The position numbers were made by a program, and so were the translations under genes. From contig NC_068987.1 in assembly GCF_001194135.2 (NCBI RefSeq), forward strand, positions 40,471,801-40,535,800: a stretch of DNA of 64,000 nt. The letters run 5' to 3'. Under the pieces are notes generated by a model that worked only from the letters and a program-made list of their open reading frames with translations, was not told the DNA's origin and searched no databases. Shown here piece after piece: positions 59,346 through 64,000 of this stretch (position 1 is its first letter; every line of letters begins with the position of its first letter). The stretch comes from Octopus bimaculoides (lineage: Eukaryota).

Positions 59346-59783
59346 CTACAGAAACCTTCATTTACCTTATACGATGTTTAATGTTTCACATTTATTTTGA
59401 ATTATGCAGTTCTCTTCATAGAACACTTGTAATGTACGCATTACCTGTTCTTTTGGTTTAGTAAATTTTTGCTATTATTGTTCATGTCTCCTTAAAGACG
59501 TGTATATTCTAACAAGTCGCTGCTTAAATTTCGCACCTCTCTTGTTCAATAAACACTGAGTTAAACTTGCAAAGCTGTTCATTTTCTCCTTTTGATTTTT
59601 AATGTTTATTTTAGCGGGCTACCAAAATGTCAGTTTGATCTCTTGGCTAAAATGGTAATGACAAATTTTAAAGTTTGCTTGACATTTTATAAGTGTGAAT
59701 GGGGTTGAAATTTCAATACTCTGTATTAAAGATTCTGATAAGAATAGATAGAAAATCAGAGATTGAGACAAGAAGACACTTTC

Positions 59784-59793
59784 GACCAATCAG
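59784..59793. promoter_or_regulatory. Candidate CCAAT box (GACCAATCAG)
   Basis: Fits the NF-Y consensus and lies upstream (minus strand) of the candidate 5' exons. A single short motif could be chance. Confidence 0.25.
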
Positions 59794-60289
59794 AATTCAG
59801 TTTGATCAGTCTCCTTCCTCTGTTGGTTGAGTAAAGTGTCATCCAAGCTGATGTTTATTGGTAATTAAACTTATTTTGCAACACTTGTGCGTATTTATCG
59901 GCTTTGTTTTTGTTGATAAGAATTATCAACAGCTTTTTCTGTGATCATGATTTGAGAAGACATAGAGAAGTATGCTAAAGATCAGACATAATTTCTTGTG
60001 GGCAAGAAATGTAAAATAAAGTTTATTATAAACAACACAGACACTTCATAATTTAATAGCTTTCAATGTGATACTTGGTAAATAGAAATCATGTTTTATT
60101 TGATGAAAATTTGATAAAATCTAATACGTAAGTGAAATTATGCTAAATACAACTAAATTGAAAACCTTTTCCCCCTAGCCATATCGGCAATTATGAAAAC
60201 TTTTGGGTGCAAATTTTACACAAGTAAAAGCTTTTTTAAACAATTTTTATCCTGAAAGTCACCTGTGTAAATTACAGAGGTGCACAAAT

Positions 60290-60723
60290 TACATGGGCTT
60301 TTATGGTAAACAACCGAAATTGGTCAAAAGAAGCAGGCCAATTCTCTTGCAAGACAATGCTCAATCACATGTTGCACAAAGAACACTATTCAAGTTACAG
60401 GAACTGAACTTGGAAGTACTCTGTCATCCACCATATTCACCAGACCTTGCACTAACAGACAAGCACATTTTCCAGGCATTAGACAACTTTTTGCAAGGAA
60501 AAAAATTTCAAATCTGAAGAAGATGCAAAAACAGCCTTTCGTGATTTTATCACCTCTTGTTCTCCAGAATTATTTGCTGCTAGCATAAATAAGCTACCAA
60601 TAAAATGGCAAAATTGTGTTGATAATTTAGGTGCATACTTTGATTAGCTGCATTGCTTTTTGTTCAGATAAAGTAAAATAAACTTTCAGTTCAAAATTGG
60701 ACATTTCATTCATAATGACCTGA
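60290..60723 (+). mobile_element. Mariner transposase 3' remnant with right end
   Basis: PILLQDNA..HVA..LEVLCHPPYSPDLA.TD.HIFQALDNFLQGKKF..KLPIKWQNCVD..GAYFD. Confidence 0.9.
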
Positions 60724-61137
60724 TGTATATTAATATTTTCTTTATATTCTTTTACCTTGATAATTTTTTATAACTTTTTCTTTTTTACATATATACAGGT
60801 GTGTTTTATTTGTATATTAATTCTTTATTGACTGTATTCTTTATGTATATTTTTATAAATTTAAAATATTTTTATTGTATATCTTTATTTAAACTAATTA
60901 TTCATTTGATATGGAAAGTCATTCATCATTTGATTTATTTACTTTGCCTTTGATTTTTACTCTTCTCCTTCTGGTGCCCATTTGCTCTGATTCTATGAAC
61001 CCTTTATGCTTATGTAACTGTGACACAAATGTGGATCAGTTGAAAATATATTAGAAGTGCTGCTTGTAAGTAAGTGTACACATACAGGTATGGACATCTG
61101 TAAGTTATTGTATGCACAGCTATGTATATGTCTGTGT

Positions 61138-62020
61138 ATCATCATCATCATCATCATCATCATCATTATCATCAAAAGTCTGTTGTCCATGCTGGCATGG
61201 GTTGGATGGTTTGACCAGGGCTGGTAAGCTGAGGGGCTGCACCAGATTCCAGTCTATTTGGCATGGTTTCTATGGCTGGGGGCCCTTCCTAACACCAACC
61301 ACTCCAAGAGTGTAATGGGTGCTTTGACAAGCCACTGGCATAGGTGCCAGTTGTGTGACACCAGTATCTGCCATGACTACGATTTCACTTGGCTTGATGG
61401 ATCTGCCTTCTCAAGCACAGCATATTGCCAAAGGTCTCACCATGAAGCCCAGTGCTTGAAAGGTGCTTTTTACATGCTACCAACACAGTTACTAGTTCTG
61501 TGACACCAGCATTGGCTACATTGCCTCCATGAGACCCAACACTTGAAAGTGCTTTTTACATGCCACCAGCATGGGTGCCTGTTATGTGACACAGACAATA
61601 GCCGCAAGTATAATTTCACTTGGTTTCATACATCTTTGCAAGCACAGCATATTGCCAAATGTCTCAGTCACAAGTCATTGCCTCCATGAGGCCCAGGGTT
61701 CAAAGATCATGCTTCACCACCTCATCCCATGTCTTTCTGGGTCTCCCTCTTCCACAGCTTCCTTTCGCTGGTACAGATTGGCACTTCTTCACACAGCTTA
61801 CCACATCCATATGCATCACATGACCATACCAACACAGTTGTCTCTCTTACACACCACATCTTATGCCTCATATGCACTTGTACCATGAATTCTTTGCTAT
61901 ATTAGTTGCCAACCATCACCCTACTGACAGCATCCCTGTACATGGTTTGTACAGCTCTCACCAAACACTCGTCTACCCCTAGTTTTCACATTGACCATCA
62001 GATAAGGGATCGAAGGACTT
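61138..62020 (-). mobile_element. RTE fragment (3' UTR, tail and a fused RT piece)
   Basis: (CAT)n tail, 3' UTR, and SLIW.S..KLGVDECLVRAVQTMYRDA at ~61900-62010. Confidence 0.85.
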
Positions 62021-62188
62021 TGTGCATGCGTGTGTGTTTGTGTGTATGTGTATGTTTCCTTTCTCCCCCTCTCTCTACCTCTTCCTCTCTCGCTCTCTCA
62101 AACGCATACACGTGCAAGTACACAATCATTCAGTAAAATATAATTCATGTTCATCAATGTTTTGTAAATATACCACGATTTTCACTAG

Positions 62189-62249
62189 GGTGTTGGGTTA
62201 AGGTTACGGTTAGGGTTAGGATTAGTGTTACGGTTACGGTTTTAGGGTC

Positions 62250-62281
<32 letters not shown>

Positions 62282-62390
62282 CGGTTACGATTAGTGTTAC
62301 GGTTATGGTTTTAGGGTCAGGGTTAGGGTTTTAGGGTTTAGGGTTAATGTTAGGGTTAGTGTTAGGATTAGGTTTAGGATTAGGGTTGGG
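62189..62390 (+). repeat. Interstitial degenerate (TTAGGG)n tract with 69-bp higher-order duplication
   Basis: TTAGGG/TTACGG/TCAGGG variants. GATTAGTGTTACGG at 62220 and 62289. Confidence 0.92.
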
Positions 62391-63498
62391 TAATCGTGTG
62401 GGTGTTAATCTGAAAAATTACAGATATGTGAAAAGTACCGACACTGCCATCTATTATAACTTTTGTTGTTCTGTTTAATATATACATAGATTATGCCTCC
62501 AAAGAAGAGAGTTTGCTGGGGGAAGAAAGCAACCGGTTTAAAATGACAGCAACAGACTGCAGCAATTCACCACATTCCAGAAGCTACTTTAAACATAATG
62601 CAAAATGGTGCATGAACATATTCTGCCCAATCTGATAGAATTCTGGCAAAACTGTGTACAAACAGATCGCCAGCAATTGTTTCATCACAAATTGCCGTCC
62701 TAGCTCCTGCGAAAAGGGATTACCCTGCTATGTATAATCAGGGCAGTGCAAAAAGTTGTTTTGCACAAGCATTTCTATAGACGGATGATATTTATGTACG
62801 CTTAATAATGTTACGTAAAACAGCCTTCAGACTTTCCCTNNNNNNNNNNNNNNNNNNNNNNNNNNNNNNNNNNNNNNNNNNNNNNNNNNNNNNNNNNNNN
62901 NNNNNNNNNNNNNNNNNNNNNNNNNNNNNNNNNNNNNNNATGTGTTTAAAGTTTGAGAACTGTATGAATCTGAGGGGAGAAGGCTTGAGTTTAGTGGGCC
63001 ATTCATTTTTTTTTCTTTTCTATTTAATGTTGTCTTTTCATATTTTCAAGTCATGTAAAAACATAAACACACTATACGATAATGTAATCAGTATGCGTGC
63101 GCACAACGACTGGAAGTTATGGGATCTAGTACCGAAAGATCGCTGCTTTCCCTTATCATTTATAAGGGTGGAGAGGAGGAAAAGTTTTTTAAATCCCCAT
63201 CAAAACAGAAAATTCAACTAATGTATGTGTGCTTTTCCCAATGGCACCTAAGTCATTCTATTGTGAAAATTACCTGGCAGCGACAGGATACTTAGGTTGT
63301 GTGTGTATCTAAATTTATGTCTATATAGAAACACACTCACATATCGATATATAAGGGATCGAAGTGTAGGAAGTTAGTAAGCTTGAAGCTGTTGGTGGCA
63401 GATAGAGAAAACAAAAGGTGTATAGTGAATACATATATATATATACTAATGACTTGCAGGAACACGGTATTTTGTTTTGCAACCATAATATACTATAA

Positions 63499-63767
63499 AT
63501 TATATTAAACATTTTTATAAGTCAATACCATGTTCTACTGTGTTAGCATTGTTTGTTACAATGTTCTGTATCCGAAACAAATAATGAGATTGAAGATTGA
63601 TCTCATTGTATACATCTGATATCTCGGAGACAAAATGTCATAACAAAAATCAGTGTTGGCTATAATTTCTGTAGAATATCTGTAGAGATTAATCTTAACA
63701 AGTAATGTAAACTGCACTGTTAACACAGCAGAACACAGTGTTGACTTATAAAAACGTTTAATATACT
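63499..63767. mobile_element. MITE with ~50-bp TIRs (family of 47538-47685)
   Basis: TATATTAAACATTTTTATAAGTCAATAC.. / ..GTGTTGACTTATAAAAACGTTTAATATACT. Confidence 0.8.
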
Positions 63768-63777
63768 TTATAGGATA

Positions 63778-63868
63778 CTAGCAGAAATACCCGGCGTTGC
63801 CCGGGTTAAAGAAAATAATGAAATCTAAAAACGCCGTCTAGACTACGCATCATCTTTATATATAGAGA
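63778..63868 (-). mobile_element. 91-bp non-autonomous Helitron
   Basis: Minus strand A|TCTCTATATATAAAG...CCCGGGCAACGCCGGG (hairpin)-TATTTCTG-CTAG|T, with no TSD. Confidence 0.88.
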
Positions 63869-64000
63869 TGTATATACACACACGCACCCAAACACACGTA
63901 TATATATGTATATCAATATAAATATATGAAAGTCAATGAAGTTTCGTAAAAGAACGTGATCATGTACATACTTTCTTGCTGTTGTGATTATAACGCCTCA

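Noticed and set aside
62189-62390. True telomere
   Set aside because: The tract is short and degenerate, with unique sequence on both sides.

Overview
AT-rich, gapped, repeat-saturated animal DNA. The repeat families (RTE LINEs with (GAT)n tails, tRNA-headed composite SINEs, Penelope-like elements) look to me like an octopod cephalopod, probably Octopus; this is an inference and was not database-checked. Most of the window appears intronic to a minus-strand SLC1A/EAAT-family amino-acid transporter gene. Two of its exons are clear (41396-41480 and 32655-32697; spliced peptide GTRRDINQDNPGRVKVVIYAEDLFADLIR/NIFPDNIIGASFRQ), and the ORF track misses both. The rest is nested, mostly decayed transposons: RTE LINEs of two families, Tx1/L1, R4/Dong and CR1-group LINEs, several Penelope-like elements (PLEs), a young deleted Gypsy element, hAT, mariner, Tc1 and Tigger derivatives, a 91-bp Helitron, SINEs and many fold-back inverted repeats. 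Best leads: (1) a PHD-type C4HC3 zinc finger inserted inside the RT domain of the dominant RTE family; (2) hammerhead-ribozyme motifs, three with intact cores, including a pair on opposite strands of a ~570-bp palindrome and one 45-nt minimal motif on the same strand as the host gene; (3) a twin-primed, TSD-flanked RTE; (4) a Tx1 element that appears to target (GGAT)/(GATA) microsatellites; (5) an LTR element with a duplicated tRNA-Trp primer-binding site. Coordinates of decayed elements are approximate unless a TSD or TIR is quoted. No rRNA, true tRNA gene or CRISPR array was seen.
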